From Betaproteobacteria bacterium (lineage in GTDB: Bacteria; Pseudomonadota; Gammaproteobacteria; Burkholderiales; SG8-41), in contig JANYDY010000042.1 of NCBI GenBank assembly GCA_025363435.1, forward strand, positions 5,323 to 69,322: a stretch of DNA of 64,000 nucleotides, read 5' to 3'. The position numbers were made by a program, and so were the translations under genes. Shown here piece after piece: positions 1 to 10,249 of the stretch (its first letter is position 1; each line of letters begins with the position of its first letter). The notes beneath the pieces were generated by a model. That model was not told where the DNA came from and did not search any database. It worked only from the letters and a program-made list of their open reading frames with translations.

Positions 1-652
1 TGTTGATGCGTTTCTTAACCGCGCGCACGAAGTATTGCATTGCGTGCGGCGACACGACACCGAAGGTATCGACCAGTGCCAGCGCATCCATGTGACCTTC
101 AGTGGCGACGCGATCAATCAGGTCAAGCACCCAGTGCATTTCGGCGCGCGAGAAGTCGATCGGGAAGAACACCACTTCGAGGCCGTTATCGCGGGCGAAT
201 TTGGTCGCCTCGATCGAAGTTTCGATCGCGCGTTCCATCGGCCAGCGGTAGGCGATGTCGACCATGTGCAGGCTGGACGGGATTTCCATGACGATACCGT
301 TGACGCCGGTGTCGATAGCGCGTTGTACGTCTTCTTTCATGCAGCGCGAAAAAGCGAAAATCTGCGGGCCGAGGTTACGCTTGACGATGGCTTTGATCGC
401 TTCAGCATCCGACGGCGACACGATCGGCATGCCGGCTTCGATACGATGCACGCCCGCTTCAGCCAGACCTTCGGCGATGCGGATTTTGTCGTCCAGCGTC
501 ATGATGATGCCGGTTTGCTGCTCGCCGTCGCGCAAAGTGATGTCGTGAATCTTGACGTTCTTGGCGAACTTGAAATCTTTGGTTACTTCATCAGCGTAGT
601 TCCATTCGCTGACAAACCAGTCATTGGTCTTCCAGGGGGTAGCTGCTGCCAT
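1..652 (-). CDS. HMGL-like (pyruvate carboxyltransferase / aldolase-type) enzyme, N-terminal part only; the C-terminus lies beyond the window start
   Basis: Absent from the ORF track because it runs off the edge. Minus-strand ATG at 652-650 is preceded by AAGGAG (complement of 661-666). Translation MAAATPWKTNDWFVSEWNYADEV...VKIHDITLRDGEQQTG... carries the DxTLRDGEQ signature of isopropylmalate/homocitrate/citramalate-synthase-like domains. The listed + ORF 35..754 is its antisense shadow. Confidence 0.75.
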   Translation of the reverse strand, partial: MAAATPWKTNDWFVSEWNYADEVTKDFKFAKNVKIHDITLRDGEQQTGIIMTLDDKIRIAEGLAEAGVHRIEAGMPIVSPSDAEAIKAIVKRNLGPQIFAFSRCMKEDVQRAIDTGVNGIVMEIPSSLHMVDIAYRWPMERAIETSIEATKFARDNGLEVVFFPIDFSRAEMHWVLDLIDRVATEGHMDALALVDTFGVVSPHAMQYFVRAVKKRIN

Positions 653-837
653 GGGAAAAGCTCCTTGTTAGTGGAAACAAATCTGAGGTCCTGCCGACGC
701 CGAATGGATCCAGCGAGTAATTCCTTGAAATTCAGTAATGAATTCCAGCTATGAAACCGGTCGCGCGGGGTGGCCGGATTTTACCCCAAATGGCAGCAGG
801 AAGTGAATCGGTGCGCTGGCGAACCGGCCGGCCGGCG

Positions 838-1800
838 TCACTTGCCGCGTTTGACCTTTTTCCCGCTATCAAGATACCAGTCCATGATCTGTTCGCCGGT
901 CCAGAACGCCACGCCGGGCTTTTTGCGCAGGGTTTCCAGCACCTGCTCAAAATACTTGATGCGGTACGGCACGCCGGAGATATAGGGATGCACCGCAATC
1001 GACATGATTTTGGCCGAGTGTTTCGATTCAGCGTACAGCCGGTCGAAATGGTCCATGCAGCGCGTGTAGAACTCCTTCGCCGGCTGGTGGCGCACGATCA
1101 TCATCGAAATATCGTTAAGTTCGATGCTGTACGGCAGCGCCAGCAAAGGCCCTTTCTTTGTGTTGATCTCGACCGGTTCGTCGTCGACCGGCCAGTCGCA
1201 GATATAGCGGATGCCGGCTTCAGCCAGATGTTCCGGCGTGTCCAGCGTTTGCGTAAAGCCGGGCCCCAGCCAGCCGAGCGGTTGTTTGCCGGTGAAATCC
1301 CTGATGACCTTGACCGCCTTGCGGATAGTGGCGCGCTGATTGGGCTCGAGGTGGATCGGCCGCTGATCGTACGAATGCCCCATGAACTCCCAACCGGCGT
1401 CAAGGCAGGCCCGTGCGATGCGCGGATAGTCGAGGCAGACGCGCGCGTTGATCGACAGCGACGGCGTGATTTTCAGGCGATCGAGCACTGCCTTCATGCG
1501 CCAGAAGCCGACACGGTTGCCGTATTCATGCCAGGCCCAGTGCGGCACGTCGGGCAGTTGTGTAATGCCGGTCGGCGGCGGCAGGGCCTGGCGCGGCATC
1601 GGGCGCGCGATGTCCCACACTTCAACATTGACGATAGGCCAGACGATCATGCGAATGCCGCGCGGCAGCTTGAGCGGTGGGCGGTCGATACTGGCGGAGT
1701 ATGCGAGTCGTTGCGATGGGATCATGGCGTCGCGGCTATCCGTAAAGATGGTTTGCCGATTGTACTGAATTTGCACCGTTCGCACCGCCTGCTCTACCAT
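838..1800 (-). CDS. polysaccharide deacetylase-family (PuuE-like) hydrolase
   Basis: ORF 838..1845. Motifs ...IVWPIVNVEVWDI..., GWEFMGHSYDQRP and IAVHPYISG are typical of this family. The start is uncertain: ATG 1800 chosen, with 1809, 1725 and 1845 as alternatives. Confidence 0.7.
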   Translation of the reverse strand: MVEQAVRTVQIQYNRQTIFTDSRDAMIPSQRLAYSASIDRPPLKLPRGIRMIVWPIVNVEVWDIARPMPRQALPPPTGITQLPDVPHWAWHEYGNRVGFWRMKAVLDRLKITPSLSINARVCLDYPRIARACLDAGWEFMGHSYDQRPIHLEPNQRATIRKAVKVIRDFTGKQPLGWLGPGFTQTLDTPEHLAEAGIRYICDWPVDDEPVEINTKKGPLLALPYSIELNDISMMIVRHQPAKEFYTRCMDHFDRLYAESKHSAKIMSIAVHPYISGVPYRIKYFEQVLETLRKKPGVAFWTGEQIMDWYLDSGKKVKRGK

Positions 1801-1826
1801 GCACGACATTCTCACCGGAGGCAGAC

Positions 1827-2786
1827 ATGCGAACAACCATTGCAATTCCGTTTTTGCTTGTCGCCGCGGCCGCCCCGGCGCTTGCGGCCTATCCGGAAAA
1901 ACCGATTCGCATCATCGTGCCCTACGTGCCGGGCGGCAACATCGACATCACGGCACGCACGCTGGCACCCGGCCTCAGCGAAGCGCTCGGGCAAACCATT
2001 GTCGTTGAAAACCGCGGCGGCGCCGGCGGCACCATAGGCACTGAAGTCGCGGCCAAAGCGCCGGCTGACGGTTATACCCTGCTGCTCGGCTCCAGCGGCA
2101 CGCTGACCAATTCACCGGCGCTATATCCGAAACTCGGTTACGACCCGTTGCGGGATTTCGCCACCACCTCGATGACGACCGTGGTGCCTATCGTCATTGA
2201 AACCCATCCGTCGGTGCCGGCAAAAAGCGTGCGTGAATTTATCGCGCTGGCCAAAGCGCGCCCCGATCGCATCAGCATGGCTTCCGCGGGCAGCGGCAGC
2301 AGCAATCATCTGGCCGGCGCGCTGTTCCAGAGCATGACGGGCACCCGCCTTATTCATGTTCCCTATAAAGGTAGCGGCGCCGCGCTGGTCGATCTGATGG
2401 GTGGACAGGTTGACGTGTTTTTCGATCAACTGTCGTCGTCGATCTCATACATACAGTCTGGAAAATTGCGCGCCATTGCGGTGACGACCTTGAAGCGCTC
2501 CCAGCAACTGCCCGAGTTGCAGACAGCGCATGAATCGGGCGTGCCCGGCTACGATGTCAGTACTGTCACCGGTATTGTGCTGCCGGCGGCAACACCCGCC
2601 GACATTGTTGCGAAGGTGCACGCTGCCCTGCTCAAAGTGCTGCGCCTGAAAACGACGCGCGACAGCTTTGCGCGCTTCGGCGCCGAAACACTGGAGAGTA
2701 CGCCTGAAGAATTTACGAAATTTATTCGCGACGATCTGGCGAAGTGGAGCAAGCTGGTGCGCGAAACCGGCATCAAGCTGGAGTAA
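1827..2786 (+). CDS. Bug-family (TctC-like) periplasmic tripartite tricarboxylate transporter substrate-binding protein
   Basis: Signal peptide MRTTIAIPFLLVAAAAPALAA followed by the YPEKPIRIIVPYVPGG motif typical of Bug/TctC receptors. GGAGG RBS lies just upstream of ATG 1827. Confidence 0.9.
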   Translation: MRTTIAIPFLLVAAAAPALAAYPEKPIRIIVPYVPGGNIDITARTLAPGLSEALGQTIVVENRGGAGGTIGTEVAAKAPADGYTLLLGSSGTLTNSPALYPKLGYDPLRDFATTSMTTVVPIVIETHPSVPAKSVREFIALAKARPDRISMASAGSGSSNHLAGALFQSMTGTRLIHVPYKGSGAALVDLMGGQVDVFFDQLSSSISYIQSGKLRAIAVTTLKRSQQLPELQTAHESGVPGYDVSTVTGIVLPAATPADIVAKVHAALLKVLRLKTTRDSFARFGAETLESTPEEFTKFIRDDLAKWSKLVRETGIKLE

Positions 2787-2795
2787 TTTTCCGCC

Positions 2796-3791
2796 TCAAC
2801 TACGCGCACTGCCGGGGCGCGGCTCATTTACGACGGCATTGACCAGCACGCCGATTTTTTCGATCTCGCATTCGATGACGTCACCGGCATTCAGATACCA
2901 CGCCGGATTGGCCAGACCGCCGCCGCCCGGCGAACCGGTGGATATGATGTCGCCCGGCATCAGCGTCATCTGCGACATATAGGACACGAGTTTCGGTATC
3001 GAGTGGATCATCTCGCTGGTGTTGCCGTCCTGCCGCAGTTCGCCGTTGACGCGCGTCTGGATACGCAGGTTCATCGGGTCGGTAATTTCAACCTTGGTCA
3101 CCAGATAAGGCCCCATCGGTGCGAAGGTATCCAGGGTTTTACCCAGCATCGGATGGCCGGCATCGCGTTCGATGTCAGCAATGTCGCGCGCCGTGATGTC
3201 GTTCAGTATGGTGTAACCGGCAATCACGTCGTAAGCGCGTTCTTCCGGCACATGTTTGCATTTTTTGCCGATCACAACCGCCAGCTCTGTTTCGCAATCG
3301 AGGCGTTTGGTGATCACCGGCTTCAGAATATCGCGGCCCGGACCGACGATGCATGACGGCACTTTGATAAAACCCGCCGGTACCTTGCCGCCCTGCCGGC
3401 CCTGGTGTTTTGTATAGCCTGGATAGTTGCGGCCGACGGCGATGATCTTGCTGCCGCGCACAGGCGCGTACAACCGGCACTCGGACAGCGGGATGAAGAG
3501 GTCTTCGCCGCTCAGACCGGCGGCATTCGGCTCGGCCTTGACCAGATCGGACAACCAGCCGTAAGCCTCGGACAGGGCTTCCCACGCCGGCGGACCGACG
3601 TGCAGAAACTGCGCCACGTACGGCGGCAGAAAAATACCCGCCAGTTCGCGCCCTTTCGGATTGCCGATTTCTTCAATCAGATAACGTGCATAACCGGCGC
3701 GCAGATCGGCGACCATATCGTTGCCGACCAGCACGCCGAGGCAGGCCTGTGCGGCCTTCTGTCCCTTACGGCTGTAACGTAACAGTTTCAT
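2796..3791 (-). CDS. fumarylacetoacetate hydrolase (FAH) family protein
   Basis: C-terminal FAH fold motifs: ETELAVVIGKK, ILNDITARD, GKTLDTFAPMGP, PGDIISTGSPGG. Confidence 0.9.
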   Translation of the reverse strand: MKLLRYSRKGQKAAQACLGVLVGNDMVADLRAGYARYLIEEIGNPKGRELAGIFLPPYVAQFLHVGPPAWEALSEAYGWLSDLVKAEPNAAGLSGEDLFIPLSECRLYAPVRGSKIIAVGRNYPGYTKHQGRQGGKVPAGFIKVPSCIVGPGRDILKPVITKRLDCETELAVVIGKKCKHVPEERAYDVIAGYTILNDITARDIADIERDAGHPMLGKTLDTFAPMGPYLVTKVEITDPMNLRIQTRVNGELRQDGNTSEMIHSIPKLVSYMSQMTLMPGDIISTGSPGGGGLANPAWYLNAGDVIECEIEKIGVLVNAVVNEPRPGSARS

Positions 3792-3811
3792 GCAATTCTC
3801 CCCGGTCTGAT

Positions 3812-4849
3812 TCAGACCTGATGCGCTTTTAGATGATCGACGATGGCGCGCGTCATGCCGCGCGTACCCGCAGTGCCGCCCAGATCGCGTGTGACCTGTT
3901 TGCCTTCCTGCAATACCTGCGCAAGTGCGGCGTCGATGCGATCCGCTGCGACTGCTTCACCGATGTAACGCAGCATCATCACGACCGACAATATCACCGC
4001 CATCGGATTGGCGAGATCCTGCCCGGCAATATCCGGCGCGCTGCCGTGCACCGCTTCGAACATGGCGCACTCGTCGCCGATGTTGGCGCCCGGTGCGACA
4101 CCGAGGCCGCCGACCAGCCCTGCCGCGAGGTCGGACACGATGTCGCCGTAGAGGTTCGGCAACACCAGGCAATCGAAGGTTTCCGGCTTGATGACGAGCT
4201 CCATGCACAAGGCATCGACCACGCGCGCGTCGAATTCAAACGCCGGATATTCTTTCGCCACTGTTTGCGCTGACTTGAGAAAAAGCCCATCAGTCATCTT
4301 CAATACGTTGGATTTGTGCACCGCAGTCAGTTTTTTACGGCCGGTGCGTTGCATATAGTCAAACGCAAAACGCGTTACGCGTTCGCTCGCCTGCCGCGTG
4401 ATCACCTTGATGGCTTCGGCAGTATCCGCATCGACCATGCGTTCCCTGCCGATGTAGAGGTCTTCGCTGTTTTCGCGAAAAATCACGATGTCGACATTGT
4501 CGAAACGCGATTTAATGCCGGGATAATTACGCGCCGGCCGCACGTTGACGAACAGTTTCAGTTCCTTGCGCAGTGCGATCGCCACGCTTGGATAGATGCG
4601 ATCACCGACCTGCACCGGATAGGCATCTCCGAACGGCGTCTGCGTCGGGCCTTTGACGACGATTTTGGTGCGCGCGATCGATTCGAATACCGCGGGCGGT
4701 AGCGGATGGCCGCCGGAATTACCAGCGCGCATGCCGGCTTCGGCAACTTCCCAGCTCAGATCTACACCGGTGGCAGCAACGATATCGCGCGCCGATTGTG
4801 TGACCTCCGGTCCGATGCCATCGCCCGGAATAAGCGTTACGCGGTGCAC
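3812..4849 (-). CDS. isocitrate/isopropylmalate dehydrogenase-family oxidative decarboxylase
   Basis: N-terminal LIPGDGIGPEV, plus NLYGDIVSDLAAGLVGGLG and HGSAPDIAG motifs of the beta-decarboxylating dehydrogenase family. Substrate not assignable from sequence. Confidence 0.9.
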   Translation of the reverse strand: MHRVTLIPGDGIGPEVTQSARDIVAATGVDLSWEVAEAGMRAGNSGGHPLPPAVFESIARTKIVVKGPTQTPFGDAYPVQVGDRIYPSVAIALRKELKLFVNVRPARNYPGIKSRFDNVDIVIFRENSEDLYIGRERMVDADTAEAIKVITRQASERVTRFAFDYMQRTGRKKLTAVHKSNVLKMTDGLFLKSAQTVAKEYPAFEFDARVVDALCMELVIKPETFDCLVLPNLYGDIVSDLAAGLVGGLGVAPGANIGDECAMFEAVHGSAPDIAGQDLANPMAVILSVVMMLRYIGEAVAADRIDAALAQVLQEGKQVTRDLGGTAGTRGMTRAIVDHLKAHQV

Positions 4850-4863
4850 GCGGGCCTACCCTG

Positions 4864-6372
4864 TCATTCTTCGACGTCGTTTGCCTTCATCGCCTTGATT
4901 TTAGGCAGGATGAATGGCAGAGCAATCGAGATAACCGACAGCGCAATCAGTGTGATCGAAATGCCGCTCTTCACGAAAATCGACGGATCAGCGCCCGAGA
5001 TGGTCATGGCCTGACGGAATGACTGCTCCATGATGCCGCCGAGCACCAGCGATAACACCAGCGGCGCCACTGGAATGTCGACCTTGTCGAATACGTAACC
5101 GACCATGCCAAAGAACAGGATCATGTAGAGATCGAGCATGCTGCCGTTGATCGCATAGGTGCCGATCACCGAAATGGCGACGATCAGCGGATACAGAATG
5201 GCAGACGGAATATACAGAAGGCGCACGAACAAACCGACCAGCGGCAGATTCAGGATCAGCAGCATGACGTTGCCGATGTACATGCTGTCGACCAGACCCC
5301 ACACGAGGTCGGGGCGTTTCTCAAACAGCAAGGGGCCGGGCTGGATGCCATACATGATGAATGCTCCCATCAGCACCGCAGTCGCACCGCCGCCCGGCAC
5401 GCCTAACGTCAACAGCGGTACCAGCGCGCCTGCGGTGTCGGAATTATTCGCCGACTCGGGACCGGCCACGCCTTCGATCGCGCCCTTGCCGAATTCCTCC
5501 GGATGTTTGGACAGGCGCTTCTCCGTGGTGTACGACATGATGGACGCAATCGTACCGCCCGCGCCCGGCAGCACGCCGATGACAAAACCGATGATGCCGC
5601 CGCGCCAGATCGGGCCGATCGAGCGCCGCCATTCTTCGCGGGTCAGCCATAATTTGCCGGAAATCTTGATCATCGGCGGCGCGGTGCCTTTATGCACTTC
5701 TTCGAGCCCGCGGAACACCTCGGCCACGGCGAAAAGTCCGACCACCACGACAATGAAGCCGACGCCGTCCTGGAATTCGGCAATGCCCATGGTGTAACGT
5801 GGTTGCCCGCTTTGCAGATCGATGCCGATGGTGGCGATCATCAACCCCAGTATCGTTGACAGCATTCCCTTGGCCGGCGACTTGCCGGTCAGCGACGACA
5901 CCGCGGTCATGGCGAACAACATCAGGCAGAAATATTCAGCGGGGCCGAACTTCAGCGCCATCGAGGCCAGCGGCAGCGCGAACAGCGTCAAGGCAACGAC
6001 ACCGATAGTGCCCGCAATAAAGGAACCGATGGCCGATACCGCAAGCGCTGCGCCGGCCCGTCCTTTCTGCGCCATGGCATAACCATCGAGCGAGGTCATC
6101 ACCGATGCGGCCTCGCCCGGCGTCCTGATCAGAATCGCCGTGGTTGAACCGCCGTATTTGGTGCCGTAGTAAATGCCGCACATCATGATCAAGGCCGATG
6201 TCGGATTCATGCCGTACGTAACCGGAATCAACAACGCAATACCGGCCGACGGGCCGATGCCCGGCAGCACGCCGATAATGGTGCCGATGAATACGCCGAC
6301 AAAGGTGTACCACAAGTTGATCGGCTGCATGCATACCGAAAAGCCGTTGAGGATATGGGTGAAAGTTTCCAT
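4864..6372 (-). CDS. tctA: tripartite tricarboxylate transporter large permease TctA
   Basis: 502-aa polytopic membrane protein with TctA-type sequence (GVLPGIGPSAGIALLIP..., GVLPGAGGTIAS...). Confidence 0.9.
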   Translation of the reverse strand: METFTHILNGFSVCMQPINLWYTFVGVFIGTIIGVLPGIGPSAGIALLIPVTYGMNPTSALIMMCGIYYGTKYGGSTTAILIRTPGEAASVMTSLDGYAMAQKGRAGAALAVSAIGSFIAGTIGVVALTLFALPLASMALKFGPAEYFCLMLFAMTAVSSLTGKSPAKGMLSTILGLMIATIGIDLQSGQPRYTMGIAEFQDGVGFIVVVVGLFAVAEVFRGLEEVHKGTAPPMIKISGKLWLTREEWRRSIGPIWRGGIIGFVIGVLPGAGGTIASIMSYTTEKRLSKHPEEFGKGAIEGVAGPESANNSDTAGALVPLLTLGVPGGGATAVLMGAFIMYGIQPGPLLFEKRPDLVWGLVDSMYIGNVMLLILNLPLVGLFVRLLYIPSAILYPLIVAISVIGTYAINGSMLDLYMILFFGMVGYVFDKVDIPVAPLVLSLVLGGIMEQSFRQAMTISGADPSIFVKSGISITLIALSVISIALPFILPKIKAMKANDVEE

Positions 6373-6381
6373 GTGATCCTC

Positions 6382-6885
6382 TTAGAACGGCAACAGGCCC
6401 TGCGCGAGAGAAACCCCGAGCAGTTTGGTGAACATGAAATAGCTACCGGCCGAAAACAGCACTGAGGTTAAAACGTTCATCGTCCAGCGGCCGCGATTGA
6501 AATAAGCGGTCATGCCGAGAAGGAATACGGTTGTCGAGATGACAAAACCCAGCGTGGTGAATACGCCGAAATAAAGTGCGATCCAAAAAACCACGCCGGC
6601 CAGCAACAACCACTGCGGTTGTTCCACCGGTTCGGCCGGTGTTTCGGGCGGCGGCGCCTTGCGTGCCTGCAGAATTTCCATCAACAGGATGCCGGCCGTA
6701 ATCAGCAGGCCGATGCCAAGCATGCGGGGAAACGCTTTCGGGCCGAGCGGATCGCCGATTTCCAGCGAGGGAATCTGCGAAGTGGCGTAGAAATAGACGG
6801 CCGCGAGCAGCAGCGTCAGGGCAAAAATAATTTTATCGGTAAGCAACTGCAACCTCCTCCGGGTGAAGCGATCTGTTCCGGGCAA
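6382..6885 (-). CDS. tctB: tripartite tricarboxylate transporter small membrane subunit TctB
   Basis: 167-aa protein with 4 hydrophobic segments, placed 9 bp upstream of tctA in the same orientation. Confidence 0.75.
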   Translation of the reverse strand: MPGTDRFTRRRLQLLTDKIIFALTLLLAAVYFYATSQIPSLEIGDPLGPKAFPRMLGIGLLITAGILLMEILQARKAPPPETPAEPVEQPQWLLLAGVVFWIALYFGVFTTLGFVISTTVFLLGMTAYFNRGRWTMNVLTSVLFSAGSYFMFTKLLGVSLAQGLLPF

Positions 6886-6939
6886 TTCCGGGGAGCCAGC
6901 ATCTTATCACTGACCGCCGCCTTCATAACGCCACTGCCG

Positions 6940-8553
6940 TTACATCTGCGTCTGATATTCGAGCGGGTTGATGCGCGCCTCAATCAGGGTAAAACGCTTG
7001 CTGTTGAGGGCAACACGCGCCACTTTTTTCAATTCGGCCACGTTGTTGACGACAAAACCGTTGCCGCCATAGGCTTCAGCCAGCATTACGTAGTCGGGGC
7101 TGCCGGTCGATACGCCCGTTTCGGCCAGTTTCATGCGTTGCTGCTTCAATTTAATCAGCGACAGCGTGTCGTCACGGAACACCACGATGGTCAGCGCCAG
7201 TTTGTGGTGCGCCAGCAGGGCCATCTCGCCGATCACCATATCGAGCCCTGCTTCGCCCATCATTGCCAGCACCGGGCGTTTCGGAAACAGCAGGCTGGCG
7301 GCAATCGCCGACGGCAGTGCATAACCCATGGTGCCCAGCCCGTTCGATTGCAGCAACCGGCGCGGTTCGAATGATTTCCAGACATGATTGATCAGTATGC
7401 GATGCGAACCGGTGTCGATAGTGGCGATGGTGTCGCGTGGAAACACCTCGCGCAGGGCGCAGGCGACCTGGTATGGCCCCATGCCTTTTACCGGCGTGCT
7501 TTCGATCGCGTGCATGATGGTGCGGCGATAGCGGTCGAGATCGGCATCCAGCCAGCGCGATGGCGCGCGTTTGGGCGCCGCCTGCGTCAACGTCTGCAGA
7601 CAACCGGCGATGCTGCCTGCGTATTCGCAGGCGCTGCGATAAACGTGATGCGTGTTCGGCACGAGGTCGATATTGACCGTTGCCTTTTTTTCGTCCCACG
7701 GCGCGATCCAGTCGGCACGCAATTCAACCGGATCGAAACCGATGGTCAATACCAGATCGGCCTCGCGCACATGCGCCATGTGAATTTTGTCGACTACCGG
7801 ACTGAGTCCGGTCGCGCCCACGCTCAAGGCGTGATCTTCAGGCACCACGCCCTTGGCCTTGTAGGTGGTGACCAGCGGAATCCGCCACGCTTCCAGAAAG
7901 CGCTTCAATTCACGTTCGGCGTTGTCGATTTGCACGCCCATGCCGACCAGCGCGAGCGGCCGCTTTGCTTTCTTCAGCCAGGCTTCAATGGCGGCGCGGT
8001 CGTCGCGCCGCGGCAACGTGCGCACCACAGCCGGCATGAATCTGCGCGCATCGGCCTGCTCCACTGTAGCAATGTCGGTGGGCAGATTGAAATGCACCGC
8101 GCCCGGCAAAGGCGTGCGTGCAATCGCCAGACCTTTGCGCACCTGTTCGAACGCGTTTGCCGGCGCAATCGTCGTCGTCCATTTGACCAGCGGTCGCAGC
8201 AGCGCTTCCTGATCGAAAATCTGATGGGTGTAAATCGGCTTCAGATTGCCGGCAACCTCGCCGGTGATGACGATCAACGCAGAACGATCGAGCATGGCCT
8301 GCGCTACCGCGGTTGCGGTGTTGGCAATGCCGGGCCCCAGCGTGGCGACCAGCACACCGGGTCGCCCGGTCAGTTGATAGGAGGCTTCGGCCATGATGCC
8401 GGCGCCCATTTCATGTTTGGTCAGGATGAATTTGATGCCGGTTTTGCGAAATGCTTCCAGAAGCTCAAGCACTTCGCCGCCGGGAATGCCGAACGCGTAA
8501 CGAACGCCCTCTTCATACAGCGCGTGAGCGATGATTTCCGCAGTTTTGGGCAC
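6940..8553 (-). CDS. thiamine-pyrophosphate-dependent enzyme (acetolactate synthase / benzoylformate decarboxylase-like)
   Basis: N-terminal YAFGIPGGEVLEL, central FAD-like domain and C-terminal TPP motif (GLGTMGYALPSAIAA...MMGEAG). Confidence 0.9.
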   Translation of the reverse strand: MPKTAEIIAHALYEEGVRYAFGIPGGEVLELLEAFRKTGIKFILTKHEMGAGIMAEASYQLTGRPGVLVATLGPGIANTATAVAQAMLDRSALIVITGEVAGNLKPIYTHQIFDQEALLRPLVKWTTTIAPANAFEQVRKGLAIARTPLPGAVHFNLPTDIATVEQADARRFMPAVVRTLPRRDDRAAIEAWLKKAKRPLALVGMGVQIDNAERELKRFLEAWRIPLVTTYKAKGVVPEDHALSVGATGLSPVVDKIHMAHVREADLVLTIGFDPVELRADWIAPWDEKKATVNIDLVPNTHHVYRSACEYAGSIAGCLQTLTQAAPKRAPSRWLDADLDRYRRTIMHAIESTPVKGMGPYQVACALREVFPRDTIATIDTGSHRILINHVWKSFEPRRLLQSNGLGTMGYALPSAIAASLLFPKRPVLAMMGEAGLDMVIGEMALLAHHKLALTIVVFRDDTLSLIKLKQQRMKLAETGVSTGSPDYVMLAEAYGGNGFVVNNVAELKKVARVALNSKRFTLIEARINPLEYQTQM

Positions 8554-8767
8554 GGCAGAACTCTTTCAGAATGACGGCACCGCGGCAAATCCGGCTGAAA
8601 GCGGCGAATTTGCCTGCGCCAAAGCGACGAACTGCGATAATAACACGCGCGTTTTCCGCCTTCGAACGTCTGCCTGGCCGAACCGGCCGTTAGACAAAAA
8701 TTGGCGGCCTGTTTTTGTGGAACGTTATCCGACGCCGATATAATTGCCTTTTACCGGACTTCGCCGC

Positions 8768-10180
8768 ATGACCTCCACCACACTGCTTGATGCACTCGCC
8801 GCTATCGTCGGCCCCAACGGATTGCTGACGGCCGCCGGCGATATCGCGCCCTATTTGACCGATTGGCGCGGCATCTATGCCGGCAAGGCCGTTGCCGTCG
8901 TGCGTCCGGCGAATCGCGACGAACTGGCAAAAACCGTTGCGCTGTGTGCAGAGAAAAAAATTGTCGTGGTACCGCAGGGCGGCAACACCGGCATGTGCGG
9001 TGCCGCGACGCCCGCCACCGGCGGGCAAAACATAGTGATCTGTCTGTCGCGCATGAATCGCATCATCGATGTCGACGCACTCAACAACACGGTTACCGTC
9101 GAAGCGGGCTGCATCCTTGCCAATATCCAGCAGGCAGCAGCTGATGCCGGCCGCCTGTTTCCGCTGTCGCTCGGCGCGGAAGGCAGCTGCCAGATCGGCG
9201 GCAATCTGTCGACTAACGCCGGCGGCGTAAATGTCCTGCGCTACGGCAACACGCGTGATCTGGTGCTAGGGCTTGAAGTCGTGCTGCCCGACGGCCGCGT
9301 CTGGAACGGTTTGCGCGCGCTGCGCAAGGACAACACCGGCTACGATCTGAAACATCTGTTCATCGGCGCCGAAGGTACGCTCGGCATCATCAGCGCTGCG
9401 GTGCTCAAATTGTTTCCGCGACCGCGTTCGCAGGCAGTCGCACTCGCTGTGGTCACCGATCCCAATGCTGCCGTCGCCCTGCTGTCGATACTGCGCGCGC
9501 AATGCGGCGATTGCGTTACTGCATTCGAACTGATTTCGCGTTCCTGCATTGAGCTGGTGCTGGCGCATATTCCCGGCACGCGCGACCCGTTCAACCAGGC
9601 GCATGCCTGGTACGTGCTGACCCAGCTTGGCGACTCCGGTGATGACGCGGCGCTGCAAGCCAAAATCGAAACAGCATTGGCGCAAGCGGATGAACAAGGT
9701 CTCGTACACGATGCGGCAATTGCCGCGACCCAGGCGCAGGTTGCCGCGCTGTGGAAATTGCGTGAATCGATACCCGACGCGGCACGCGACGCCGGCCTGG
9801 TTTATCGCCACGACATTTCCGTTGCGGTCAGCAAAATCCCTGCATTCATCGGTGCTGCAGGCGCTGCTCTCGAAGCGCATTTTCCCGGCACGCGAGTGAT
9901 CTGCTTCGGCCACCTCGGTGACGGCAATCTGCACTACAACGCCTTCGTGCCGGGGCGCGAACGCAGCGATGCGGCAGCGCGCGATGCCATCGATGTGAAC
10001 CGCGTTGTGCATGATGTGGTCAATAGCATGCAAGGCAGCATCAGCGCAGAACACGGCATCGGCCAGTCCAAACGCGCCGAACTCGCGCGTTGCAAGGACC
10101 CGCTGGAACTTGAACTGATGCGCAGCGTCAAACAGGCGCTTGACCCCGATGGCCGCATGAATCCGGGCAAGATATTTTGA
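8768..10180 (+). CDS. FAD-binding oxidoreductase, GlcD / D-2-hydroxyacid dehydrogenase family
   Basis: FAD-binding PCMH-type motifs (VVPQGGNTGMCGAA, GAEGTLGIISAAVLKL) and C-terminal ISAEHGIG...LDPDGRMNPGKIF. ATG 8768 preferred over TTG 8744. Confidence 0.85.
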   Translation: MTSTTLLDALAAIVGPNGLLTAAGDIAPYLTDWRGIYAGKAVAVVRPANRDELAKTVALCAEKKIVVVPQGGNTGMCGAATPATGGQNIVICLSRMNRIIDVDALNNTVTVEAGCILANIQQAAADAGRLFPLSLGAEGSCQIGGNLSTNAGGVNVLRYGNTRDLVLGLEVVLPDGRVWNGLRALRKDNTGYDLKHLFIGAEGTLGIISAAVLKLFPRPRSQAVALAVVTDPNAAVALLSILRAQCGDCVTAFELISRSCIELVLAHIPGTRDPFNQAHAWYVLTQLGDSGDDAALQAKIETALAQADEQGLVHDAAIAATQAQVAALWKLRESIPDAARDAGLVYRHDISVAVSKIPAFIGAAGAALEAHFPGTRVICFGHLGDGNLHYNAFVPGRERSDAAARDAIDVNRVVHDVVNSMQGSISAEHGIGQSKRAELARCKDPLELELMRSVKQALDPDGRMNPGKIF

Positions 10181-10249
10181 ATCTGCAACGCAAGGTTTTG
10201 ACCTCCGCCCCGACCAATCCGGCAGTCAATCGAATATCAGGAGAACAGC

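Noticed and set aside
35-754. 239-aa + strand ORF at the window start
   Set aside because: It is the antisense shadow of the minus-strand HMGL-like gene (1..652), which has a clear DxTLRDGEQ motif and RBS. The + translation is Arg/His/Asp-rich with no recognisable family.
751-2037. 428-aa + strand ORF
   Set aside because: It overlaps the deacetylase gene antisense and the Bug gene out of frame. The composition is Arg/His-rich and low-complexity, typical of a GC-rich antisense frame.
7384-8574. 396-aa + strand ORF
   Set aside because: Antisense to the well-supported TPP-dependent enzyme gene (6940..8553), with no domain-like sequence.
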